The notes: generated from the letters alone by a model not told the origin. Shown: positions 17,010-25,241, counted from the first letter of the stretch. The stretch is 26,268 bases of DNA from a virus (IMGVR_UViG_3300038313_000153:1-26268), one strand, 5' to 3'. Program-made: numbers and translations.

Positions 17010-17534
17010 CTATATTATACCACAATCGTCCTCGGCTGTAAATCTTTTTATTAGTTCTTTTTCAAGCCTATCTGTTCTTTCGTTTACGGCGTCAGCAAAA
17101 TCTAGTGTTTTGTTTCCCAAAGCAGCTTCGACCATGCAATATTGTCTTACACTGTAAAAGTCTGCAAGCTTAACAACACTAAATATCTCTAAGTCCTTGC
17201 TATGCAAAGCGTAATCGGGATAATTTGTCTCCATGAAGCTGTTCTCAAATGTCTGAAGAAGCATGCGTAACGTTTCACTTAAGTTTTTTACGTCATAAGG
17301 TACGTCACTCAATATTGTTTCAGGTATGTCATGCAACAAAGCATATTCAATGCACTTAGCTTTTAGCTCTCCTTTGATGCTTAGCTTGTCGCATATTTCA
17401 AGCACAAATAGAGCTGTGAAAAATGAATGTTCCGCAACGCTTTCATTTGTGAGACGCAACCTGGGATTGTATCTAACAAGTGTTTTTAACCTATATATCT
17501 CCATGAGATAATCATTTGACAACAAAGGCATCAT
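17010..17534 (-). CDS. HD-domain 5'-deoxynucleotidase (YfbR/DatZ-like)
   Basis: RY...ESVAEHSF, ALLHDIPE...SDVP..VK, VKLAD. Confidence 0.88.
   Translation of the reverse strand: MMPLLSNDYLMEIYRLKTLVRYNPRLRLTNESVAEHSFFTALFVLEICDKLSIKGELKAKCIEYALLHDIPETILSDVPYDVKNLSETLRMLLQTFENSFMETNYPDYALHSKDLEIFSVVKLADFYSVRQYCMVEAALGNKTLDFADAVNERTDRLEKELIKRFTAEDDCGII
17014..17042 (-). promoter_or_regulatory. sigmaA-type promoter inside the 3' end of the HD gene
   Basis: TTTACA-17 nt-TATAAT with extended TG. Confidence 0.7.
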
Positions 17535-18469
17535 TCAATTGCTCCAGCATAAGAAGTAAACTTTCCGTTTAACGCATCAAGTATCTTTCCTCTCACCTCT
17601 CCGTCGGAGAACCCGTCCCTTCCGAGAATTGTAAGGCAGCCGGATTGAGCCAGCATCACGTTGAATTTCCCCTCCGGCCCTAGTGTTTCATTATAATATA
17701 CAACAGGTTTATTTTTGCCGTAGGCGTAGCCAGCTTCCCATATTGTGCCCATATCCTTACCATCAGTAACAGCAAATACTAGGTCGCAATTGTTTATTTC
17801 CTTGATGTTGTCCTGAAAAGCTTTCTCACGCTCCTCCTGTGTAGCGTTAGGGGTTAACAGAATATTTTCACGCGGGCTAAATACTCTGAATCCTATGTGT
17901 CTAAGTTCTTTTATCAGCCATTCTTCTCGTTCAATTTGAGATGGGTTGAAAAATGGAGCAGCAAAATATATTTTGGGAACGTAAATATCAAATTGCTCAG
18001 TTAAACTTTTAACAACGTTATTAATACTATCAAAATCACATGTATATTTCTTTTTAATTGCGCTTACTTTAAAGAATGCTTCAAAAATTGCCTGATATAT
18101 TTTCAAATCTTTTCCATGAGCTTCAGATGCTCTTTTTAAATCGCTCTCGTCAGTAGGAACAACAAGAATCAATACGGCGTCTAGCAAAGCGAGCTCCTTA
18201 TCGATGAACTCGACTTCAGATGATGTATAATTTCTTTCAAGTGCCCCATAAACAAACTCGGTCATGTGAAATCGGTCAACAACAATATTTTCGTTTTTGA
18301 ATATTTCTAAAAACCGAAGCGATGTATTAAGCTTTTCTAAAGCAACGTCTTTTGTTATTTTCATATCTCCGAAATATGAATCTTTAAAGAGCTTGAAGCC
18401 ATGTTCAACAAACTTATTGCAAAGAGTGGTTTTACCTACCCTATCAATGCCTTCTACAATAACTATCAA
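17531..18469 (-). CDS. fusion of dNMP (dTMP-type) kinase and nucleoside 2'-deoxyribosyltransferase/N-glycosidase domain
   Basis: N-terminal EGIDRVGKTT and VVDRF; C-terminal KIYFAAPFF, DMGTIWEAGYA, NVML. Confidence 0.85.
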   Translation of the reverse strand: MIVIVEGIDRVGKTTLCNKFVEHGFKLFKDSYFGDMKITKDVALEKLNTSLRFLEIFKNENIVVDRFHMTEFVYGALERNYTSSEVEFIDKELALLDAVLILVVPTDESDLKRASEAHGKDLKIYQAIFEAFFKVSAIKKKYTCDFDSINNVVKSLTEQFDIYVPKIYFAAPFFNPSQIEREEWLIKELRHIGFRVFSPRENILLTPNATQEEREKAFQDNIKEINNCDLVFAVTDGKDMGTIWEAGYAYGKNKPVVYYNETLGPEGKFNVMLAQSGCLTILGRDGFSDGEVRGKILDALNGKFTSYAGAIE

Positions 18470-18476
18470 TTTGCAT

Positions 18477-18800
18477 TTACTCCTTTCGGTTTATGCTCAT
18501 GTTCGCGTCGAACCCCTCCGGGTAACGACGTCTTAATTTATCGATGTTACGTTGGGCTAACTCTTCTAGAGAGACGTCGCATGCACGAGCCAATTTAGCT
18601 ACATACCACAAGGTGTCTCCAGCCTCTTCAATCAGCTTTTCGGTGTCTAGCTCGTGCCTTTGGTCTAGTACTTTTTTCATGTGCTCCAATGTCTCGGCGG
18701 CCTCCCCAACCATGCCCATGGTTGCATTGCGTAAAGCGTTCAGCTTATCCATCGGAGTGTCTGTTCTTGCAGCTAACAATTGATATTCGTCAAGTGTCAT
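18477..18800 (-). CDS. MazG-like nucleotide pyrophosphohydrolase
   Basis: Probable start MTLDEYQ; GMVGEAAE..E..KK, EEAGDTLWY, NIDKLRRRYP. Confidence 0.9.
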   Translation of the reverse strand: MTLDEYQLLAARTDTPMDKLNALRNATMGMVGEAAETLEHMKKVLDQRHELDTEKLIEEAGDTLWYVAKLARACDVSLEELAQRNIDKLRRRYPEGFDANMSINRKE

Positions 18801-18801
18801 T

Positions 18802-19560
18802 TTACCAATCGTCGTCATCGTCCTCGTCCTCATCTGCATCATCAGAGCCCCACTCTTCGTCGTCCTCATCATCATCCCAAGTCTGCTCTTCTTCGTCCAA
18901 CTCCTCCAAAAGCTCTATGTAATACTCCGCAGACTTCTTGGGGCGAACCTCAATATCACGTTCCTTACAAAGCTGATAAAGCTCTTTTGCAGACATATCT
19001 TCATAGTTTGCTGCCTTATCATCCTCGTCGTCATCAACGGGCACTTCAACGTCCGGGGAGAATGCCTTTCCTATCATTTTAATAATAGCATCCTCGGTCG
19101 GCGTCTTTACTTTGCTTTTAAATTTTGCCTTGTCCATCGGAATAACAGAATAAGAAGTGCTCTGCTGTTTACCCTTGCGTTCAAGCACATAATCCCGGTC
19201 GGTGATAGTCCCGTAAGTTTCGTACATACTTATAAGAGCTGGGATAGGAGTGCAGTTGTTGACTGCATAAAGGAGTATTCTAACCTCATTGGCATCGTAG
19301 TCATAAACGGGCCATGCATAGTTGTTGCGGGTTCTTAGCTCATCGTTATCACAGAACTTACATTTCTTTTTACCTAGCTCCTTTGCACAAATGCAATTAA
19401 CACCCTTGGCAAAACTGTCGTGGAAAGTAAGCTCTAAACCTTTTTCAAAGTCAACAAGAAAGCGAACCCTACGCTTTGTGTCGGCTTTAATAAATAGAAT
19501 TTTACCTTTGCTGCCACCAGATTTAGCAATGTCCTCTTTCATACTTTTAAGTATTGACAA
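18802..19560 (-). CDS. single-stranded DNA-binding protein (gp32-like) with acidic tail
   Basis: Next to primase; H..C..C..C Zn site, RDYVLERKG...TSYSV, Rho-N-like motif, very acidic C-terminus ending in W. Confidence 0.7.
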   Translation of the reverse strand: MSILKSMKEDIAKSGGSKGKILFIKADTKRRVRFLVDFEKGLELTFHDSFAKGVNCICAKELGKKKCKFCDNDELRTRNNYAWPVYDYDANEVRILLYAVNNCTPIPALISMYETYGTITDRDYVLERKGKQQSTSYSVIPMDKAKFKSKVKTPTEDAIIKMIGKAFSPDVEVPVDDDEDDKAANYEDMSAKELYQLCKERDIEVRPKKSAEYYIELLEELDEEEQTWDDDEDDEEWGSDDADEDEDDDDDW

Positions 19561-19561
19561 A

Positions 19562-20521
19562 TCAAAATCCTCCCATCGTTTTTCTCTTAGCTGCTTTTAA
19601 TAGGCGGGGCGTCATATCACCCATGTCTTTTATCCCTCTAGGATACTGAAAAGGAACCACTTTGAAGCATTGTTTCAAAAAAACAGTTCCTTTTTTACCA
19701 CATTCGTCGTTATCTAAAGCTGAAATTATTGTTGTTACGCCTTGCTTTTTTAACTTTGCTATTTGTTCCTGCGTCGCCTTCCAACCTAGAATAGCACATA
19801 CATATTTTATACCAAGCTGTTTGGCTTTTAAGTAGTCCATGTAGCCTTCAACCACAACGACTCTATGTCTATCATATCTTCCAACAACTGTGTTGTTCCT
19901 GCTGAATCCTTTATTATATAAGTACTTTCGTTTCTGTTCTATTTCCGGGTTGGTAGTCCTACAAACCCAACCTTTAAACGCCCCCATGTCACGCATAGGA
20001 AATATAATAGGATATGAGTCATTATAGGTTAGCTTTGCTCCGGCTTTGTTGAGAGATTCGGGATTGAAGCCTCGACATAGTAAATAATGCTTTTCAACCG
20101 AATCCTCAACAAGCCAGTCCACTTTACGAAGATTGTAATAATAATCCTCAGCCCTCACTAACAATTTCTTTTGTTCCCTTGAGCGTTGTTGCTTTGTTTT
20201 TGAGTTATGTAAGGTAACATTATTGGGCCCTGACTTGTTCATAGTGAAACGATATAATAATTGCCATTGCTCTATAAGGGTAAGGTTATGATTGAACATC
20301 TGGATTAATTCTAGGGCCCCTCCCCCTTTTTGACAACCAAAACAAAACCATCTACATTCATTTACATCAATCAAAAGGCTTGCATTTACATCAGCGTGGA
20401 AAGGGCAAACAACTTTGTATTTTGTTTCGCCCTCCCAAAGGTTATAATGCTCAAGTACTTTAATAAATGTTTCAGGGCTGCCAGCTTGCTCATAAAGGGA
20501 TTTTGCAATATCACTCGCCAC
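19562..20521 (-). CDS. dnaG: DNA primase
   Basis: CPFH...CFGC zinc finger; TOPRIM VVVEGYMD, ALDNDECG, KDMGD. Confidence 0.92.
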   Translation of the reverse strand: MASDIAKSLYEQAGSPETFIKVLEHYNLWEGETKYKVVCPFHADVNASLLIDVNECRWFCFGCQKGGGALELIQMFNHNLTLIEQWQLLYRFTMNKSGPNNVTLHNSKTKQQRSREQKKLLVRAEDYYYNLRKVDWLVEDSVEKHYLLCRGFNPESLNKAGAKLTYNDSYPIIFPMRDMGAFKGWVCRTTNPEIEQKRKYLYNKGFSRNNTVVGRYDRHRVVVVEGYMDYLKAKQLGIKYVCAILGWKATQEQIAKLKKQGVTTIISALDNDECGKKGTVFLKQCFKVVPFQYPRGIKDMGDMTPRLLKAAKRKTMGGF

Positions 20522-20523
20522 CC

Positions 20524-20976
20524 TTAAGTTATTGTAATTGATTTGCGTATTTGAGCGTTATAACAGCCATCAATATCGTCTAATGTTAGTTGCTCAGTAT
20601 CAAAAAGCTTTTTAATTGCTTCATTGTTAACTGTTTTCCTTACCTCAATTAGGTCTTTAAATTGCTTTGGCTTAATACCTGCTTCTCTGAGCAAAGATGT
20701 TAAACCTGCATAATTTACTACGACGACTTCTTTGTCAATTATTTGCTTGCCAAGCTCTTTGGGCAGCTTTTTCTCAAGCTTTTCTATATCATAAGCGATA
20801 ATTAATGTTTTACTGCATGTAGCTGAGTGGCTATCTGTAGCCATGCTATTACTTACAGAGTTGTCAAAAGCTTTAATTAAAATATCACGACGCTTGCTAT
20901 ATTCTTCTTCAGCCTTGTCCTTTTTTATCTTCAACTCGTACATTTCATCGATTATTTTATTATAATCTTGCTTCAT
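20524..20976 (-). CDS. hypothetical protein (N-terminal coiled coil)
   Basis: 150 aa ORF in the replication operon. Confidence 0.7.
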   Translation of the reverse strand: MKQDYNKIIDEMYELKIKKDKAEEEYSKRRDILIKAFDNSVSNSMATDSHSATCSKTLIIAYDIEKLEKKLPKELGKQIIDKEVVVVNYAGLTSLLREAGIKPKQFKDLIEVRKTVNNEAIKKLFDTEQLTLDDIDGCYNAQIRKSITIT

Positions 20977-21460
20977 TTACAACTCTGCCTTTAGTGAGCT
21001 CTTCAAATATTCCCCGGGGCCAACGCTGGCCAGTCTTATACCAAGCGACTGCTTTCTTATCAACAAGATACTTCACACCGCGCTTAGTCTCAATACGGAA
21101 CTTGTTGGCGTGGATTTCGATAATCTTACCACTGTACATTCTGTCGCCTACATAAAATGCTACCAACATACCTATCTCTGCACTGTCCTCGTACCTGTCC
21201 TTCGCAGGATTTCTTTCACGTCTTTCCTTCATACGCTTTTCAACTGCCTCCTCAAAGCTAAGTTGTGTGCTGCTTATGCCATTTGTAACATTGTTCAAAC
21301 TGGCATTGTTCTGCTCAGTGTCGAACTGAGCATCTTTGACGATGATTGCCTCGACTAGGGTCGCTTTATTCATGCCATGGCGACCGACAACTTGCAAATC
21401 TTTTGCAACCTCCAATAAGTGTTTTTTCGTGCAATTAAGCAACTCTGTCCTTCTTTCCAT
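20960..21460 (-). CDS. Rho-N/HeH-like plus SH3/KOW-like domain protein
   Basis: Start reassigned to MERRTELL (AGAGGAGG RBS; the longer call crosses a hairpin and another gene); TKKHLLEVAKDLQVVGRHGMNKATLVEAI; C-terminal beta barrel IGMLVAF...SGKIIEI. Confidence 0.7.
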   Translation of the reverse strand: MERRTELLNCTKKHLLEVAKDLQVVGRHGMNKATLVEAIIVKDAQFDTEQNNASLNNVTNGISSTQLSFEEAVEKRMKERRERNPAKDRYEDSAEIGMLVAFYVGDRMYSGKIIEIHANKFRIETKRGVKYLVDKKAVAWYKTGQRWPRGIFEELTKGRVVNEARL

Positions 21461-21486
21461 TACAATTCCTCCTCTAAGTAAATTTA

Positions 21487-21504
21487 AAGGGGCCGAAGCC
21501 CCTT
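21487..21504 (-). terminator. terminator-like hairpin with cUUCGg loop
   Basis: AAGGGGC-TTCG-GCCCCTT-TAAATTT; same core as the 4567-4587 hairpin. Confidence 0.7.
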
Positions 21505-21512
21505 GTGTTCTG

Positions 21513-21701
21513 TTAACAAGTTGTCGAAGAATCAATATTTTCCTTGCATTCTGCAACCGAACAACATTCAAACTCCGGATATCTGTATCCTGTTCCCTGA
21601 AGCCATTCGTCTTTCGTGAATACATAAAACATTTCTACATTTTTTGAAACTGCAATTACAAAACCTTTGTATTTTTCCAAAAACATTTCCTTATTTTCCA
21701 T
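21513..21701 (-). CDS. small hypothetical early-type protein
   Basis: 62 aa; own promoter, leader motif and hairpin. Confidence 0.75.
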   Translation of the reverse strand: MENKEMFLEKYKGFVIAVSKNVEMFYVFTKDEWLQGTGYRYPEFECCSVAECKENIDSSTTC

Positions 21702-21742
21702 TTTATCCTCCTCCTCTTGAGTGTTTTTGTTTTGTTAATTCT

Positions 21743-21770
21743 ATTGTATCATAACCGCCAGAAAAGTAAA
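21743..21770 (-). promoter_or_regulatory. sigmaA-type promoter
   Basis: TTTACT-16 nt-TACAAT with extended TG; spacer nearly identical to that of the 8295-8322 promoter. Confidence 0.75.
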
Positions 21771-21787
21771 CCCTTTTTAAAATATTT

Positions 21788-21982
21788 TTATTTATTTTTC
21801 CCTGCAGCTTTTCCGTCCGTATAAGCTTCCCCCAGAATGTATGCTATTGCAGGTAAAATAATGGCCCAATATGCTTCCTCTGGAATGTTTAGCCCCACCA
21901 TTTCATTACATATAATAAGGAGAATAGTGGCTATAGCTGTTAGCCATTTCCTGCTCTTTAATCTCTCCATAAACGGACGCAT
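21788..21982 (-). CDS. probable holin
   Basis: 64 aa, two hydrophobic segments, RLKSRKW N-terminus, directly after the endolysin. Confidence 0.75.
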   Translation of the reverse strand: MRPFMERLKSRKWLTAIATILLIICNEMVGLNIPEEAYWAIILPAIAYILGEAYTDGKAAGKNK

Positions 21983-22627
21983 CTATTTACCTCCTTTTAT
22001 TTTATCATATAAATTAAGAGCAACCGCTAAGACAAACCACTTTGACGGCACGTCATCTGGCTTATGCATATTCTTGTCGAATAGCCTCAGAGAGTGAGCT
22101 CTATCTACTATTTTTTGCTTCCATTCCGGCACGACTTCGCCCCCTTTTAAATCGCTAAATAGCCTATCCCGCGGGAAAATTGGTCCCGGGCAATTCGGCC
22201 TATTTACACTATCAATCCGGTAATGTCCAACGATATGGTCCTTGTCTATAGGAATATTGTACTTTGCTATTAGCATCTTGTGTAATTCGACCGTAGCTTT
22301 ATACTGTGCTTCGGTCAATAATCCCCCCGAAAGGCATTCATGTTCTACGCCTATAGTATATCTATTGGGGTTAGTACCGTCATATAATTTCCAACTAGGC
22401 TTGTTTACTGCTCCGGCATGCCACGAAGTATCTTCATCCCGTACCATCTGATATATTTTGCCTTGCCGAGTGATAAGATAATGTGCACTTGCTTTTGCCT
22501 GCGGATTCCGCATCCATGACAGACAACCCGGGAATGCTCCTGCAGTTATATGGTTGACTATAGCAATTATTTTCTTTCCATTGCGCCCTTTGCTAAAATT
22601 TGGGCTTGCCGCCCATTCAATCTCCAC
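21983..22627 (-). CDS. endolysin, N-acetylmuramoyl-L-alanine amidase (Amidase_2)
   Basis: IVNHITAG, ASAHY, SWHAG, TIGVEHE, GHY, CPG; probable GTG start at 22627. Confidence 0.92.
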   Translation of the reverse strand: MEIEWAASPNFSKGRNGKKIIAIVNHITAGAFPGCLSWMRNPQAKASAHYLITRQGKIYQMVRDEDTSWHAGAVNKPSWKLYDGTNPNRYTIGVEHECLSGGLLTEAQYKATVELHKMLIAKYNIPIDKDHIVGHYRIDSVNRPNCPGPIFPRDRLFSDLKGGEVVPEWKQKIVDRAHSLRLFDKNMHKPDDVPSKWFVLAVALNLYDKIKGGK

Positions 22628-22829
22628 TTTCGTCCCTCCCTTCAAGCTTTACTTTTTCTCGAGTTATTTTCGATAAACTCCAAAGCTCTACTGTAGTAAA
22701 GCTGAACCAAGCTACTATCAACGATGTTGGCTCGCTGCCTATCCTGTAGAATAAATACAAAATAGCTATAGTAAAAGCAATATTCAAAATCAATACTAAA
22801 GCTACTATTTTCTTGCTAAAATTATTCAT
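22617..22829 (-). CDS. two-TM membrane protein of the lysis module
   Basis: 70 aa, two hydrophobic helices, upstream of the amidase. Confidence 0.7.
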   Translation of the reverse strand: MNNFSKKIVALVLILNIAFTIAILYLFYRIGSEPTSLIVAWFSFTTVELWSLSKITREKVKLEGRDESGD

Positions 22830-23131
22830 ACCTGCACCACCTGCTGCGTTACTCTGCGCATATAATCAGCATATTTTATTTCGACCCTTCTTGCCCATTC
22901 CATAGCATCTTCGACGTCGCCATTGCATTTTTGATTCATTACTGCTTTCGCTGTTACTTTAGATAATTTTAGCTCAGCCTGTATCATTTCCATCTGAATC
23001 AACGCGCCTTCTGCTTTGAAAGCTTCTTGTTTCTCGCTTTTCTTTTGATTCTTTTTCTGGCTAACCCCAATATAACTAACTATTATTGCCGTTAGCCCCG
23101 ATATTGTTGCTGATATAATCCCTGCCTCCAT
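22826..23131 (-). CDS. single-TM membrane protein (holin-like or lysis accessory)
   Basis: Probable start MEAGII after GGAGGAG; N-terminal TM helix followed by a basic patch. Confidence 0.7.
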   Translation of the reverse strand: MEAGIISATISGLTAIIVSYIGVSQKKNQKKSEKQEAFKAEGALIQMEMIQAELKLSKVTAKAVMNQKCNGDVEDAMEWARRVEIKYADYMRRVTQQVVQV

Positions 23132-23260
23132 CACATCTCCTCCCTTCAAATTTTAAAGCCCCCCCCTATTCGAGCGACTGTTCTGATTCATCCGGCAAAC
23201 TAGCCAACGGTAATATTTCTGTCGCTGTTAACATTAATCAAAACCAAACACCTCCATAAA

Positions 23261-23383
23261 GCTAATTCCCGCACTTTCCTACCCGCCCGCTGGGTAGCCG
23301 AAGCGCTAGGTGCGACAGTAGAATGGGATGATACCACCAAACAGGCAATAATCAAAATGCCTATAAAAGAGCCGGGTAATTAA
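23261..23383 (+). pseudogene. 3' remnant of a copper amine oxidase N-terminal (stalk) domain gene
   Basis: Plus-strand frame reads NSRTFLPARWVAEALGATVEWDDTTKQAIIK...stop; no in-frame ATG after the stop at 23201 upstream of the motif. Confidence 0.75.
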
Positions 23384-23562
23384 ACCCCGGCTTCTGGTTC
23401 TTGCGTCGGTTCTCCGGGTAAGGCATCAAGTAAGGCAAAGAGCCTAGCCTGTTCATCCATGCTTCTGTTATTCTGGTTAATTAGCCCCTCTATATTACGG
23501 TTGTTGCTGGAAACCCTAATATCCTCAATTTCAATTCGCTTCATAATTTCCTCTTTGGTCAT
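23380..23562 (-). CDS. small coiled-coil protein following the tail gene
   Basis: Start MTKEE via TAATG overlap and GGAGGTG RBS. Confidence 0.7.
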   Translation of the reverse strand: MTKEEIMKRIEIEDIRVSSNNRNIEGLINQNNRSMDEQARLFALLDALPGEPTQEPEAGV

Positions 23563-25241
23563 TAATCTATCACCTCCATAAGCCGTATTCCGGCGTAATT
23601 TTTGCGTGTAGCATAAAACCACCACCCAAAAATTCTGTTGCTCTCGCTACCGTTGCTTTCTTTTACTTTAAAATAGTTCTCGCCCCATTCAATCACTCTA
23701 ATATCCTCGCCCTCGCCATAAACCTCAGTCTTAAAAGTCCAGGGAGTCAAATCCGTATCAGGTTCTATGCACTCAAGGTGAATAGGGTCAATAAAAACAG
23801 TAGCCTTCCCGTCTTCCAAACGCCCCCTGCCTCTATCGAATAAAATTATTTCAGGAGACTCAACCGCATACTGCCTTACCCTCCCATAATTAATAGTTGG
23901 GATAACAGCCGGCTTATTGCCATCGGCTTCTAAATCTCCAGTTGCATGTACGGTTCCCAGCACATTCAATCTTCCCGTCACTTCCGTGGTCCCAGTAATG
24001 TAAACGTTATTACCCCCTATAACCACTTCAGCGCCGTTAACTTGAGCCCTGGAACCGGCACCTTTACCGTACAGACTCACAACGTCAGGAGATTCCAAAA
24101 CTATAGGATTAGAGGAATAAGCCCTTATGCCATTGTTGCTTGTTGGGCTACTGGTAGGTCCTATCGTAATGCTTCCACCTATCTCTGACCTTAAGTCTAT
24201 GCCTTTTTCATTGCGGATAAACAATTCTGCTGTGTCCAGCAGAGTCCTTACCCTTATTTCGCCGATTGGGGTTCCATTGTCATAAAAATAAATTTGCGGC
24301 TGATTGCCTTCTGAGGATATTTCCATTTGGACGTTACCGTGCTGGTTGTTAAAAATTATATTTCCCCAGCTATAACCCGGATACTCCGGCAAAAACTTGC
24401 GGTCAATTTTTATTATACCCCGGTTTTCGCCCTCTTCCCCAGTTTGAATAAGGGAGCTGTAAAATTCCCCGCCTATGATCTTTTCTCCGTATTTTCTAAT
24501 CATATCTTTGAGCCAACTACCTATCAACACTCGCAGATTGTTGTCGGCATCATATACTTTTATTCCATCACTTTCAACCCGCACATACCCCGGCCACTGC
24601 TTCATGTCCTCGGACGTGAAAAACGGAGACCCAGCCTTGTGCCATGCTGTGCGAGTCGCTACGTCTTTGTAGACCTTATCAATCCGCAGTTCGTCCACAA
24701 GGGTGTTGATGCTGTTTGCTCCATTGCGATCAGTACCGATGTAAACGTAACTACCAAACGCAGTAGGCAATCCCGGATTCTCAATGTAGCAGGCTTCCTC
24801 ATCGTTGACTACCAGCGACAAGCGGTCGGGCTTCCAAGCTAGGGAGATACTGTCCCATGCGATTAGAGTTGACTTGTTGGGACCGTAGACAATGTTGGGC
24901 CAAGCAGTTGTAATATTAATGGTTAAGTCCTGCAATTCAGGAGTTGCGTGGACATTAGTCGTGGTCAAAGTCTCTCTAATTTGCAGTTGAACATTAGCGA
25001 GACTGCTTAATTCACTTAATCCCGGTATTGCTTGCCCACTTGTACAAGTCTGCCATGCTCCCCAAGTAGTGCCGCCGTCCGCACTGAGAGCAATTTCGAT
25101 TGTTAGGGTCGTGCCTATAGGCGTTAAGGCGTTCCAGTTTATACTTGATGATTCAGCGATTACATCCTGCGTAGAAAGCACAACAACAGGAGACACACGA
25201 TTGCCACTTGTGTATCGTTCCGTAAAATCATTCCAAGACAT
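23562..25241 (-). CDS. tail/receptor-binding protein with C-terminal half of a LamG-like domain and a probable C-terminal chaperone-like domain
   Basis: WDSISLAW..RLSLVVN..VYIG...VDELRI; beta-rich spike-like region; YAVESPE..FD.G.G.L.DG motif; strong RBS. Confidence 0.75.
   Translation of the reverse strand: MSWNDFTERYTSGNRVSPVVVLSTQDVIAESSSINWNALTPIGTTLTIEIALSADGGTTWGAWQTCTSGQAIPGLSELSSLANVQLQIRETLTTTNVHATPELQDLTINITTAWPNIVYGPNKSTLIAWDSISLAWKPDRLSLVVNDEEACYIENPGLPTAFGSYVYIGTDRNGANSINTLVDELRIDKVYKDVATRTAWHKAGSPFFTSEDMKQWPGYVRVESDGIKVYDADNNLRVLIGSWLKDMIRKYGEKIIGGEFYSSLIQTGEEGENRGIIKIDRKFLPEYPGYSWGNIIFNNQHGNVQMEISSEGNQPQIYFYDNGTPIGEIRVRTLLDTAELFIRNEKGIDLRSEIGGSITIGPTSSPTSNNGIRAYSSNPIVLESPDVVSLYGKGAGSRAQVNGAEVVIGGNNVYITGTTEVTGRLNVLGTVHATGDLEADGNKPAVIPTINYGRVRQYAVESPEIILFDRGRGRLEDGKATVFIDPIHLECIEPDTDLTPWTFKTEVYGEGEDIRVIEWGENYFKVKESNGSESNRIFGWWFYATRKNYAGIRLMEVID

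Noticed and set aside
17010-18800. Z-genome (2-aminoadenine) pathway suggested by HD plus MazG genes
   Set aside because: No PurZ/PurA homologue in the window, and the linked synthases are pyrimidine-type; it cannot be excluded elsewhere in the genome
21461-21625. N-terminal extension of the 221 aa ORF call
   Set aside because: It overlaps the 21513-21701 gene and a hairpin; a strong RBS supports the start at 21460
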